Of a DNA stretch of 64,000 nucleotides, positions 39,101-50,200 are shown in pieces (positions within the stretch are counted from its first letter, which is position 1; each line of letters starts with the position of its first letter). Source of the DNA: Octopus sinensis (lineage: Eukaryota); assembly GCF_006345805.1 (NCBI RefSeq), contig NC_043005.1:41106001-41170000 (forward strand), read 5' to 3'. The notes under the pieces were generated by a model. That model saw nothing but the letters and a program-made list of their open reading frames with translations, did no database searches and was not told the DNA's origin. The position numbers and the translations under genes are program-made.

Positions 39101-40215
39101 CTGCAGTTGAAACTGGATGAAAGAAATAAGTTTCAAGCAATCAATACATAGCTGATTGCATTTTTGAGGTATGTGCACTTAATATCAATGGGAGGAAAGA
39201 GCTGCTACAGAGGCTGCAGCAGAAATTGAGAAAACTACGCCCAATGCATGGAGCATTCCACCAGCGATATTGACAAGCTGTGTCTAACAAGGAACAAAAG
39301 TGGACGAGGGCTAATCAGCCATGAAAATTGTATATGCTCAGAAGAAAATAATTCATGGTGGTATATCAAGAATGCCATGCAACCTTTGCTGGCTCAGGTG
39401 AGAATACCTGTTACAGTCAGGATTGATACTTGTAGGGAGATGTTAGTACAAAAGAAAAAAAAGTAAGGAAGATGAAAGGAAATGGAATAAAGAAAAGATG
39501 AACAGGTAGTTTGAGAAAGAGAGGCAGGCAGGAATGCAAATGCCAATGGAAGTTGGCACTGGCTTAAGAAGTCAGAAACAGAATTGTAGATCTGTGCTGT
39601 GCAGGTACAAGCACTCAAGCTAAATTATACTGAGTGCAGGATTGACAATAGAACAGAAAGAGACAAGTGCAAGGTTTACAGCGATAAAGGGGAAACTATA
39701 TTGCATAGTGTAGATGAATGCAAGAAGTTGGCACAAAAAGAATTCAAGAGAAGACATGATAATGTCAGAAGAATGATTCAGTGTGAGTTTGGTGGCATAT
39801 ATGGATTGAACAGAGTAAAGACGGGGTTTGGATATAACCCTGAAGGAGTAATCGAAAATGATTAGGTAAATATACTTTGGCATGTAATGATCCGATGTAA
39901 CTATCAAATTGACTATTGAAAGCAGGATAGAGTGATTGTAAATGAAAAGGAAAGGACTTGTTTAATTTTTTATATTGCATGTTCAGGTGATGAAAGTGTA
40001 TCGGAAAGAGAAGAAGTGAAGCAGGTCACATATGATGAGCTGAAGTGGGAGATAAACAGACTGAGGTCAATCTAGGAGGTGAGTGTTGTAGCTGTTGTTG
40101 GAGCCTCAGGAACTATAAGTATGAAGCTCAGAAAATGGATTGAAAAGATAGGATTAGATGTGAAGTTAGAACACCTACAGAAAAATAGTGTTGCTTGGAA
40201 CTGCACAAAACACCA
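36195..40215 (+). mobile_element. Decayed R4/Dong-clade non-LTR retrotransposon (RT, CCHC finger, restriction-like endonuclease), interrupted by SINEs
   Basis: Fragments in the expected order: RICD*ARSI*REVWLSELELEAIKKQI; LKNWKVSGPDG; GHRPISC; LLFMDDLKLYGKNE; YKYLG; DIDKLCLTRNKSGRGL; ETILHSVDECKKLAQKEFKRRHDNV; KQDRVIVNEKERTCLIFYIACSGD; VVGASGTIS...LQK. Many stops and frameshifts. Confidence 0.85.
38283..38700 (-). mobile_element. tRNA-derived SINE, family A, nested in the R4 relic
   Basis: Interrupts the RT-coding region. Plus-strand pieces of another copy lie at ~37097-37260 and ~37640-37860. Confidence 0.82.
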
Positions 40216-40312
40216 GCACAGTTCTCAAAATCTAAATGAAGATTGTTACCTTAGTCTACTGATTGTGGACAGTTGAAAGTTATATTCCTCAGTGAAGTTG
40301 CTTTGTTAAAGC

Positions 40313-40326
40313 AGCAGCAGCAGCAG

Positions 40327-40357
<31 letters not shown>

Positions 40358-40429
40358 ACTAGCACCAGCAGCAGCAGTAGCAGAAGCAGCAGCAGCAGTA
40401 CCACCACCACCACCAACGCCACCACCACC

Positions 40430-40461
<32 letters not shown>

Positions 40462-40482
40462 CAATTGCTACTACTACTAGTA
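40313..40482. repeat. Compound (CAG)n(CAC)n(CAA)n microsatellite
   Basis: Directly visible. Similar CAC/CAT tracts at 18390-18590, 25025-25145 and 30640-30706. Confidence 0.9.
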
Positions 40483-40555
40483 CCACATTCCTATCAATAT
40501 TTTAATTTTTATCCCTAGCATTCTTGACGAAAAACCAAAAAATATATATACATAC

Positions 40556-40691
40556 TAATGTTTCTTTTTTTTGCAAGTCTCATGATGTTTTCAGTTGGGT
40601 CGGATCCCATTGAGAGGAAACATATCATTGGACAATGGCAGTCAGATTCTTCACTCATTGTCTCAAGGTTAAGAATGACCCCTTCAGCATA
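40556..40691 (-). CDS. DNAH5: Dynein heavy chain exon (start of AAA6)
   Basis: Acceptor ttgtAG, donor A|GTATGT; 136 nt, phase 0 to 1. [45 protein letters not shown] contains the P.ICFLS.GSDP motif. Confidence 0.93.
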
Positions 40692-41036
40692 CTACAAGGA
40701 AACAGAACAAATTAATGCAAAAATAATTAGTCAGCTCATTCTTGACAGTAAGAAAGTTTGATGTGCAATTCCGATACTAATCAACTAAATAACCAAGTGG
40801 CCATATTAGGCTACTATTTTCTTAAAATAGTAATTCCAAATCTGTTGTTTCTTTCAATATTTTGTTAAGCATTTACTTATTGTGGGTCTATGACACAAAA
40901 CCATACATAAATGTTTTTACGCAAAGGCAATTATGAAAAATTTAAAAAGAATGGAAAAAAATTAGTTGTAAAAGAAATTCTTCTCAATAGCAATCTGTTT
41001 AAGAAAAGAAAATGATCCTTAAAATGATATTTTTAC

Positions 41037-41204
41037 CTGTGATCCCATGGCTTCAGCTACATAGATTCGAGCCATTGGTATGGCTCTGTCAGGGCACCAT
41101 GCTCTTACCAATAACAGTTTGTGCCAAGAGCTGAGAGTATTATTGTAGCCATCAGGTATAGGTGCTTCTTCAGGGATCTCTTCATCAAACCAGGATTTCC
41201 AAGC
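41037..41204 (-). CDS. DNAH5: Dynein heavy chain exon
   Basis: Acceptor tttttaAG, donor CAG|GTAAAA; 168 nt, phase 0 to 0. AWKSWFDEEIPEEAPIPDGYNNTLSSWHKLLLVRAWCPDRAIPMARIYVAEAMGSQ contains the dynein LL.R.W.PDR motif. Confidence 0.93.
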
Positions 41205-43257
41205 CTTAAAAATAAAACAAAGATAATGTTTTTTTTCAAAAGTAAGCTATAACAATGATGTATCTGTACATATATTTCCAGGAAGTATCCACAATTTTTA
41301 TGGAAAAGATATTAAACTGCATCCAGTGGTGAGGCTACAGCTCAGGAATTTAAAAGTATGGGCATAGCCCCTAATCCCCACAGCTACTCAGTCTACTCTG
41401 GTCTGGAGTGACAATACCTATCAAGATCCCCAGTTATGGGTCAAATTGCTGGAGCTGGTCCTATGACTAAGGCAAAAAAGGACTCAGATGAAGGCTAGCC
41501 TCTTAGATATGTATCACACAAGCTGATGTGTGGATATCCTCTGATATCATGCTAACCAGTCTCTCTACGTAAGGGATACCTAAGTCTCTCTCCTATGGGC
41601 TATATAGGCCTCAAGGCTAAGTTGGAGAGGGAGAAGGAGACTTGCAGGGAAAATTGTTTCTAAGCTAGCAGAAGATCTGAAGCTGTTTCTGTATCTTTCC
41701 CAAGAAAATGCATGAATCTTCAGACTTTGTATGGAAGTCTATAATCACCAACAGCTGTAAAGTATGGCATATAAAAGGAGAAACATACTCATAATATTAT
41801 GTGCATCAGTTTACCTCACTATAATAACGAGTATCATGTTTTTTTCTGGGAGATGTACTTGTAGTAGAGTGTGTACTACCCAAATAAATGCATACATTGG
41901 ATTAATGCTACTGAAACATTACATCTACCAATTCTTATTATTTTTGAACTGATTCTTTAATTCCTTAATTCCAGTGAGACACAGCATAGACATAGATGGC
42001 ATAGTCATGTGGTTCTTTGTTTGAGACCACTGTAGCACATCTTCAGAACAACTGAAGCCTTTTGATAGAAGTTAGACCATTTATCTTTTATCTTGTACTT
42101 ATTTCAGTCATCAGACAGTGGCCATGCTGGGGCACTGCCTTGAAGAAATTTTAATCAAACTATTTTTCAAGACTGGTCATTTTTGCTGAACCTCAAAGGT
42201 ACAAGTACATAATCACACCAATACCTCTTGTTCAGTGTTGGTTGGGGGACAAATACAGACACACACACACACAAACAATGGGCTTCTTTCAGTTTCAGTA
42301 TAGTGAATCCATTCGCAAGGCTTTGGTTGCCCTGAGACTACTGTAGAAGACACTTCCACAAGGTGCCATGCAATGGAACTGAACCCACTACCATGCAGCT
42401 GAGGAGCAAATTTCTTATTACACAGCCTATAGATTATGCAGAAAATGTACAGAAGCCCATCTGATGAATGAATTTGTTCTTGGATGGTAGACTTAACCCA
42501 TTAGCTGGATGAATGCACCACTTAGGCCTTGGGTACCTTTAGTAGAGTCCATTCTGTTGCAAGTATTTGGTTAAGGTTTTCAATCTGATACTACCCATGA
42601 GTGACAGTTACCCCATTAATCCTCTTACAAATCTTAGAAGCCTCCAAGAAAAGGTAATTGGAAGAACACTTTCTCTTCTGACTATGCTATTTATAGAAGC
42701 TATGTCCTTCCAATGTACTATACACTATAGTACTATACAATACATAACTTCTTGTGTCATAAGTTTTTGCAGCAATCTTGGGGTCACTGGCCATCCTCCT
42801 TCTTCCTGTAGTGTTTTGTGTAAAGGAAACAGTTACCACTTTTGAAATATTACCAATGCTTACAGAGGGTAACTCTGCTGCTACTCTGCGGTACCTGTTT
42901 AGGAGAGACCAAGCGATTTATCTCTAAGGCCACAAGTTATAGTTCAGTGACAATTAACAAAATGTTGACCACTTACATATTAACTGTGTTTCCAAATCCA
43001 TAAGGAAAGAGCAATAAACTATGGTTGGAATGTTAATTAAGCCAGTCAAAGCATTTGACAAGCACTAATTTATTTTATCAGTTCCAGTAGGATGAAGAGT
43101 AAAGCAGACATTAGCAGGGTTTGAACTCATAAATAAATACTACAGAAATGATCACTGATTGTTATTAAGGCCAAAAGACCAAAAATATTGCTTCATAAAG
43201 CTCTTAGCCCTTACCCCCACTCCTATCTCAACAGAAAAGAAAAAAATGATTTATTAC

Positions 43258-43397
43258 CTTGTCATTTCCATTGACTTGTGAGAGAATTAGATTAAACTGT
43301 GGTAATTTTTTCAGCTCTACTAGATTGAGCCAGGTCATATCAGAAATCCATTTCTTGGGTTTAGGTTCAACAGTGTTCAAGTCAAGAGCTGCCCCTC
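43258..43397 (-). CDS. DNAH5: Axonemal dynein heavy chain (DNAH5/8-like) exon, most 5' exon found in the window
   Basis: Acceptor tctgtAG, donor AAG|GTAATA; 140 nt, phase 1 to 0. Translates (G)[46 protein letters not shown], matching the recalled DNAH5 motif GGASLDL...[12 protein letters not shown]. Not in the ORF track. DNAH5 versus DNAH8 cannot be resolved by eye. Confidence 0.93.
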
Positions 43398-43598
43398 CTA
43401 CAGATAGTAATTATGTTGTAACAGTTTGGTAACGACTTCAAATACATGTTATATTTCACTTAAAATTTGGAAGCATTATTAACTTTTTCTGCAACTGAAA
43501 ATTGGTCTTTTACTTTGCATTTTTTTTATCTAATCATTATTGCTTCCTCTCTCTCACTACATATATACATACATACATACATACATACATGTATGTAT

Positions 43599-43672
<74 letters not shown>

Positions 43673-43787
43673 TTGTATATTTACATACATATCTATATCT
43701 ATGTATATGCGTGTGTGTGTGTGCATATATATTTTTATATATGTTTGTGTGTATGTATGTATGTATGTATCTATCTATCTATTGTAT

Positions 43788-43861
<74 letters not shown>

Positions 43862-44191
43862 GTATCTGTGTGTGCATGTATTTGTGAATGTGTATGTGGG
43901 TATGAACAAATGTGTATATATAAGTTGGTGAAGTATGAACATTGCTATTTGAAGACTTATTTTATCATGCTTTTTTTAGACAAACGTGTGATGACACAAG
44001 ATCTTTGGTAAAAATTGCACACAGTGTCATGCACATATTAAGCAACCTCATTTCTTTGAAAGTGTTCTTATATTTTTTTAATGGATTTTTGCATTAGCGA
44101 AAATTTCATAATTATTCTTTCCATCCCTCTCTCTCTTTCATTCTCTCTCAGTTCCATATATACTCACACATCCACAAGTTCACATATATGC

Positions 44192-44395
44192 AAGCTGGCA
44201 GAAATGTCAGCACATTGGGTAAAATGTTTAGCGGTATTTCGTTTGACTCTACATTCTGAGTTCAAATTCCGCTGAGGTTGACTTTGCCATTCATTCTTAT
44301 GGGGGTTGATAAATTAAGTACCAGTTGTGTACTGGGGTTGATATAATCGACTGGCCTTCTCCCCTAAAATTTTGGGCCTTGTGCCTAGAGTAGAA
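44192..44395 (+). mobile_element. CORE/MIR-like SINE, family B
   Basis: GAGTTCAAATTCC B-box then TTCAT.CTT..GGGG.TGATAAA..AGTACCAG core-like motif. Other copies at ~1-260, 8530-8750, 20635-20775, 27520-27715, 27755-27945, 51350-51590 and 58400-58615. Confidence 0.7.
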
Positions 44396-44572
44396 AAAGA
44401 ATCAATCTTTTTTCTTGTTTATTGGACAAGCATGTAAACCAGTTGATTTTTATATAAAGCAATTAGCAAGCAGAGACATAAGCTATTCAATGGTGTTCAG
44501 TTTGAATGAACAAAAACTACACAACTAGTGCAGTGGATCAGTTTAGTTGATTATATCACCCTATATACAAAC

Positions 44573-44890
44573 GCATGGAGGCACAATGGCTGAGTGGTAA
44601 GGGCAGCGGACTCATGGTTGTAGGATCACGGTTTCGATTCCCAGACCGGGCGTTGTGAGTGTTTATTGAGCGAAAACACCTAAAGCTCCATGAGGCTCCG
44701 GCAGGAGGGGTGGTGGTGGCGATCCCTGGTGTACTCTTTTGCCACAACTTTCTCTCACTCCTTCTTCTGTTGGCCTGCTCACTTAGCCAGTGGTGTGGCA
44801 TCATTTGAAGGCTAAAACAATGCGAAGCGCATTGTGATCAGCGATGTGTAGCAACATCTGATGGTCTGGTCGGTCACGGCGATCACGGTG
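44573..44890 (+). mobile_element. tRNA-derived SINE, family D, with 10-bp target-site duplication
   Basis: A-box TGGCTGAGTGG and B-box GGTTTCGATTCC. ATATACAAAC flanks it at 44563-44572 and 44891-44900. Confidence 0.85.
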
Positions 44891-46122
44891 ATATACAAAC
44901 ACACATGCAAACACACACATACACACAAACATGAACACACATGCATGCACATACACTCATGCATACACACATACACACACACATGCTAATACACACACAC
45001 ACACACACACATGTATACATATTCAACAGACTTCTTTCAGTTTCTGTTTACCAAATCCACTCACAATGCTTTGGTCAACCTGAGGCTATAGTAGAAGACA
45101 CTTTCCACACAATGTGCCACACAGGGCTCCACACAATGGGACTGAACCTAAAACCATGTGGTTGGGCAGCAAGCCTCTTACCACACAGCCACACCTACAC
45201 TTATGCGTAGATTGTGGAGTAAAGGTTGAGAAAGATATATATTGAGATTCATTGAGAGTGGGAAGTGTAAGGGTAAGGAACCCCTGTGGCCATGAATAAC
45301 CATGGGATTGCACTTTAAAAGTTCCCCTCTGAGGCACAAGTCTGGGCAAGGTTGTTTATGGAAGATCAGCAGTCGACTCCTCTTCATGTTACCAATGTTA
45401 TCCAAGGAAAAGCAAAGGCTGATATAACTTGGCATCAGTGATGCCACAACTCATTTCTACAGCTGAGTGAACAGGAACAATGTGAAATGAAGTGTCTTGC
45501 TTAAGGACACAACACACAGCCCAATCCAGGAATTGAACTCACTACCTCATGATTGTGAACCCAACATTCAAACCACCGAGCCATGTGCCTTCACTACAGG
45601 AGATGTACAATGTACACGATGGGAAGTGTACAATGTAGGAAAAAGTAAAGCCAAAACACTCTTTGAAAATATTCTAGCACTGTATAAAAGCATGTGCAAC
45701 ATAACAAAAAGAAAACCCACACAGCTTGTCCTTTTTGGTAATGAAGTGTTTCCTCATAATTCTAAGATTCATTTATTCTGAGAAGAGAGTGCAGCCAGCA
45801 TGTGTACTTGACTTTTATACTGGTAACAATGAATCATCTGAGAAAATAGCTTCTAACTAAAGTAGAGACACGAGGTCTGGATCAGCTTAAGTAGAAGTAA
45901 AAGCAAAATATTCATTTTTCAGTTCTTTTATCTATATTGAATAAATTGCATGTATCTATGTACATTTGTTTAACAAAGTTGAAATTTTATAACAATTATC
46001 GCAAAATAGCATTCGTTAGAGAGAAAATTTTGACAATTCAACAATTCTTCTCAGTTTATTTTATACAAAATTGTTGTTTTCAATTCATCATTAACTTTGC
46101 TTAATTTAGGTCAGAAACATAT

Positions 46123-46157
<35 letters not shown>

Positions 46158-46608
46158 CAAAAAATAAAAATGCAAATTGGAAATTGGAAATTTTTATTTA
46201 ATAAAATTTCTAAAGCTAAAGTTATGATTTTGTTGTTTTTGTAAAACAGTGTGAAATTAAAAATAAAAAATAAAACTGAAATACTATATGTAAATATGGT
46301 AACCTATCACCATGTATGCAATATCCCACTTTGCAGAACTCTGAAAATTATATAATATATATATATATGTGTGTATGTGTGTGTGTGTGTACATAATTTT
46401 ATATATATATACGCATCTAGTAGCAGTAGCAGGTGCGTATACAGGTGCTTACACTTATCAAGTATTGACCCTAAATTTATATATATATATATGTATATAT
46501 ATATAGATAAATAGATAGATAGATAGATAGATAGGTAGATAGATAGATAGATCAGAAACATATATATATTTGTAACCACAAAATGTAAGAAGCAAAACCA
46601 GACAATAA

Positions 46609-46651
<43 letters not shown>

Positions 46652-46815
46652 GTGTATATATATATGTGTATATATATATGTGTGTATGTATATATATATA
46701 TGTGTGTGTATATGTGTATATACAATACACATATGATTTATGTGTATATATGCATGTATTTATTTATGTGTACATATATATGTATAGGCATATACATATA
46801 TGTATGCATACATAC

Positions 46816-48100
46816 AGGGTGCAGTGAATAAACTGTCATCTAAAGTACACAAAAATGAAAATAACACTGACAACTCATTTAAACAGATGTGTTTACCAAA
46901 ATTACTTAAAAACACCAAAGTGTAAATTTATTAAAAAACATCGCCATTAGCTCCAACCATGGCCTCCAGATGACTTTGGAATCTCCTGCAACTCTTCTGG
47001 ATGGTCTCCTTGTTCAAGTTGATGAATGCTACCATAATCCCCTTCAGTTCATCTTTGGCGTTACAAGTTTTGTTAGTTTTTCGCGCAACTGTGCCCCACA
47101 CTTAATAATGAAGTGGGTTGCAGTCTGGGGAGTTAGGTAAACAATTGTTGGTCCCTATAATAGTTTCATGTGTCTTTTTGACAGGAAATGTTTTTTGTCC
47201 TGCCGCATTTCTATCAACCCTCCTCAGCACATTAGCTTGGTTGGGGGAACTGGTTTAGTCACTGATGATACAACCATGCAAATATAGGGTGCACTGAATA
47301 AATTGTTGTCTAAGTTATGCAAAAATGAAAATAACACTGACATCTCATTTTAACAAATATATTTACCAAAATTACATTAAATTATTTTGAAATACTAAAA
47401 AGTAAATTTATTCAATAAAATCGCCATTGGTTTCAACCACAGCCGCCAGACGACTTTGGAATTCTCTGCAACTCTTCTTGTTTAAGTAGGTGAATACTGG
47501 CATAATCCTTGCCTTCAGTTCATCTTTGGTGTCACAAGGAGTTTTGTTGGTCTTCCACTCAACTGTGCTCACACATAATAACGAAGAAGGTTGCAGTCTG
47601 GAGAGTTAGGTGACTAGACGTTTGGGGTGGTGTGGTCACAGAAATTGTCTGACAGCCATGACTGGGTTCTCGTGTTGTCAGACATAGAGTCTTCCAGCAG
47701 CCACCCTCTTGACCCATGGCAGCACTACCTCAACCAGACACTTGATTTAGGACTCTATGTTGAGTATGAGGCTGTGTGGGAAGATGAATGGAGGCATATT
47801 GTCGCCATCACTAGTGATCACTCCAAACACTATGATGTTGGCTGGATGTTTGATCTTTATCACACTTGGTACATGTCCTCAGATTGACACCTAACCACTC
47901 TGAAATGTTTGTATTGGAACTTCCGGTGCGAATTCCAAGAGGTACAACATGTTATTTCGAAATTTCTGGTGTCATGGTGCTGTTTTCCTTACAGGTGGTG
48001 TCCAACTAACCCTACTATACTAATTAGTTGACAAAATCAGAAACAATGCGCATGCGTGAAATTAGAAATATAAATGGTGACAATTTACCCATCACATCTT
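46816..48100 (-). mobile_element. Two internally deleted maT-like elements (46816-~47140 and ~47285-48100)
   Basis: TACAGGGTG at 46814 and TATAGGGTG at 47283. The sequence is collinear with 5758-6120 and 6770-7035, but most of the transposase is missing. Confidence 0.8.
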
Positions 48101-48111
48101 GTGTATATATA

Positions 48112-48620
48112 TATCATCATCATCATCGTTTAACGTCCCCTTTCCATGCTGGCATGGGTTGGATGGTTTGACTGAGGACTGGTGAGCCAGAAGGCTGTAC
48201 TGGGCTCAATCTGATCCAGCAAAGTTTCAACGCTTGGATGCCCTTCCTAATGCCAACCACTCTGAGTGTGTAGTGGGTGCTTTTATTCTTTTATGTGCCA
48301 GTCGGGCGGTTCTGGCAATGACTATGCTCAAAAGGTGTATTTTACATGCTACCTGCATGGAAGCCAGTCCAGTGGCACTGGCAACGACCATGCTTGAATG
48401 TTGTTTTTCATGTGCCAGTAAGGTGATGATGGCAATGATCAAGCTTGAATGGTGCTTTTTATGTACCACCGGCATGGGAGCCAATCCATAGCCCTGGCAA
48501 CGCTGATGCTCGGATGTGCTTTTAACGTTCCACTGGCACAAGTGCTGATCAGGTGGTACTATCATCGGCCATGTCAGTGATTTTGATTTGATTTCACTTG
48601 CCTCAATAGGTCTTCGCAAG
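48112..48620 (-). repeat. (GAT)n-tailed dispersed repeat, family C (RTE 3' UTR-like), with internal degenerate tandem units
   Basis: Motifs GGATGCCCTTCCTAATGCCAAC and CATGCTGGCATGGGTTGGA. Copies at ~18575-18775, 19685-19905, 26950-27190, 35430-35715, 52825-52990 and 56190-56340. Confidence 0.7.
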
Positions 48621-48639
48621 CAAAGTTAAGGGGTACTCA

Positions 48640-49270
48640 TAAATGGGCTGGTTACACCCACTGGCATAGGCCATGGGCTATGGTCTCACTTGGCTTGTCA
48701 GGTCTTCTCAAGCACACTATATCTCCAATGGTCTCAGTCACTAGTCATTGCCTCGGTAAGGCCCAATGTTTGAAGGTTGTGCTTCACCACCTCATCCCAG
48801 GTTTTCCTGGGTCTATCTCTTAAACAGGCTCCCTCAACTGCTAGGGTGTGACACCTTTTCACACAGCTGTCCTCATTCATTCACAATACATGACCATACC
48901 AGTGCATTATCTCTCTGTTGCACACTGATGCTTCTTAAATCCAACTTTTCTCTCAGGGTGTATGCACCCTGTCATGTATGCACATTGACATTACACATCC
49001 AGCAGAGCATACTCGCTTCATTTCTTGCAAGCTTACGCATGTCCTCAGCAGTCACAGCCCATATTTCACTGACACGTAGCATGGCTGTTCGTGCACATGC
49101 GTCATACAGTCTACCTTTTACTCTGATCAAGAAGCCTTTTGTCACCAGCAGTGGTAAGAGCTCTCTGAACTTTGCCCAGGCTATTCTTATACTAGCAGCT
49201 ACACTTTCAGAGCATCCAACTCCACTACTGACTTGGTCCTCTAGGTAATGGAAGCTATCAACTACTTCTA
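48640..49270 (-). mobile_element. RTE-clade LINE 3' fragment
   Basis: Minus strand reads RIAWAKFRELLPLLVTKG...KGRLYDACARTAML..SE.W...RPRKTWDEVVKHNLQTLGLTEAMTSD. It continues into the (GAT)n-tailed repeat at 48112-48620. Confidence 0.82.
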
Positions 49271-49284
49271 GTTTTTCTATTCTT

Positions 49285-49635
49285 TTCTATTTCTTTTATT
49301 TATTTCAGTCATTTGACTGTGGCCATGCTGGAGCACTGCCTTTAGTCGAACAAATCGACCCCAGGACTTATTCTTTGTAAGCCTAGTACTTACTCTATTG
49401 GTCTCTTTTGCTGAACCACTAAGTTATGGGGATGTAATCATGCCAACATCAGTTGTGAAGTGTTGGTGGGAGGATAATCACAGACACAAATACAGTTTCC
49501 GTCAACCAAATCCACTCACAAGGCTTTGGTCAGCCTGAGGCTATGGAAGAAGACACTTGCCCAAGGTGCCATGCAGTGGGGCTGAACCCGGAACTATGTT
49601 GTTGGTCAGCAAGTTTCTTACCACACAGCCACTCC
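49285..49635 (-). mobile_element. tRNA-derived SINE, family A
   Basis: Reverse complement of family A. Other partial copies at ~955-1205, 7955-8180, 42085-42425, 45020-45205, 51785-51990, 52270-52405 and 61110-61355. Confidence 0.78.
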
Positions 49636-50168
49636 AGCAACTAATATATATATATATATATATATATACTTCATGTGTTTATATGTGTGTATATATACTT
49701 CCTATGTTTATATATGTGTGTGTGTATGTGTATATATAATATATAATTTATGTGTGTGTATAAGATTTGGCATGTGTATACATACATACACATGTACACA
49801 CACATGCACATATATAGCATATCTGTAACTATATGCCTATTTGTGCATGTTTGTATGCCTATATACACACACATAAACATAGAGCTTCATACCCACATCC
49901 CTGTTACACACAAATAAAGGAATATAATATGATATAACTCAGACACTGGGGCTAGAAATTAGAAAAGGAGACAGATGAGAAATGAAAATCAAATCCTTAA
50001 TTAAACTGATTAAATTGTAAAGAAATACAAATGACAAGAAAATGTAAGCATGATTAACCATTCAAAACTGATTTTGAAATCTTGGTGAAGCTCTCTTTCT
50101 CTCTCTTCTCTCTCTCTCCATCCATATGAATGTGTGTGCATGTATATATATACATTCATATATAGACT

Positions 50169-50200
<32 letters not shown>

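Noticed and set aside
40558-40761. Plus-strand ORF containing SVGSDPIE, which looks like the dynein GSDP motif
   Set aside because: It is the antisense reading of the true minus-strand exon 40556-40691. The palindromic GGATCC produces the similar peptide.
45600-45860. Possible piggyBac-like relic
   Set aside because: Only a vague resemblance, with no TTAA/TIR and no catalytic motif.
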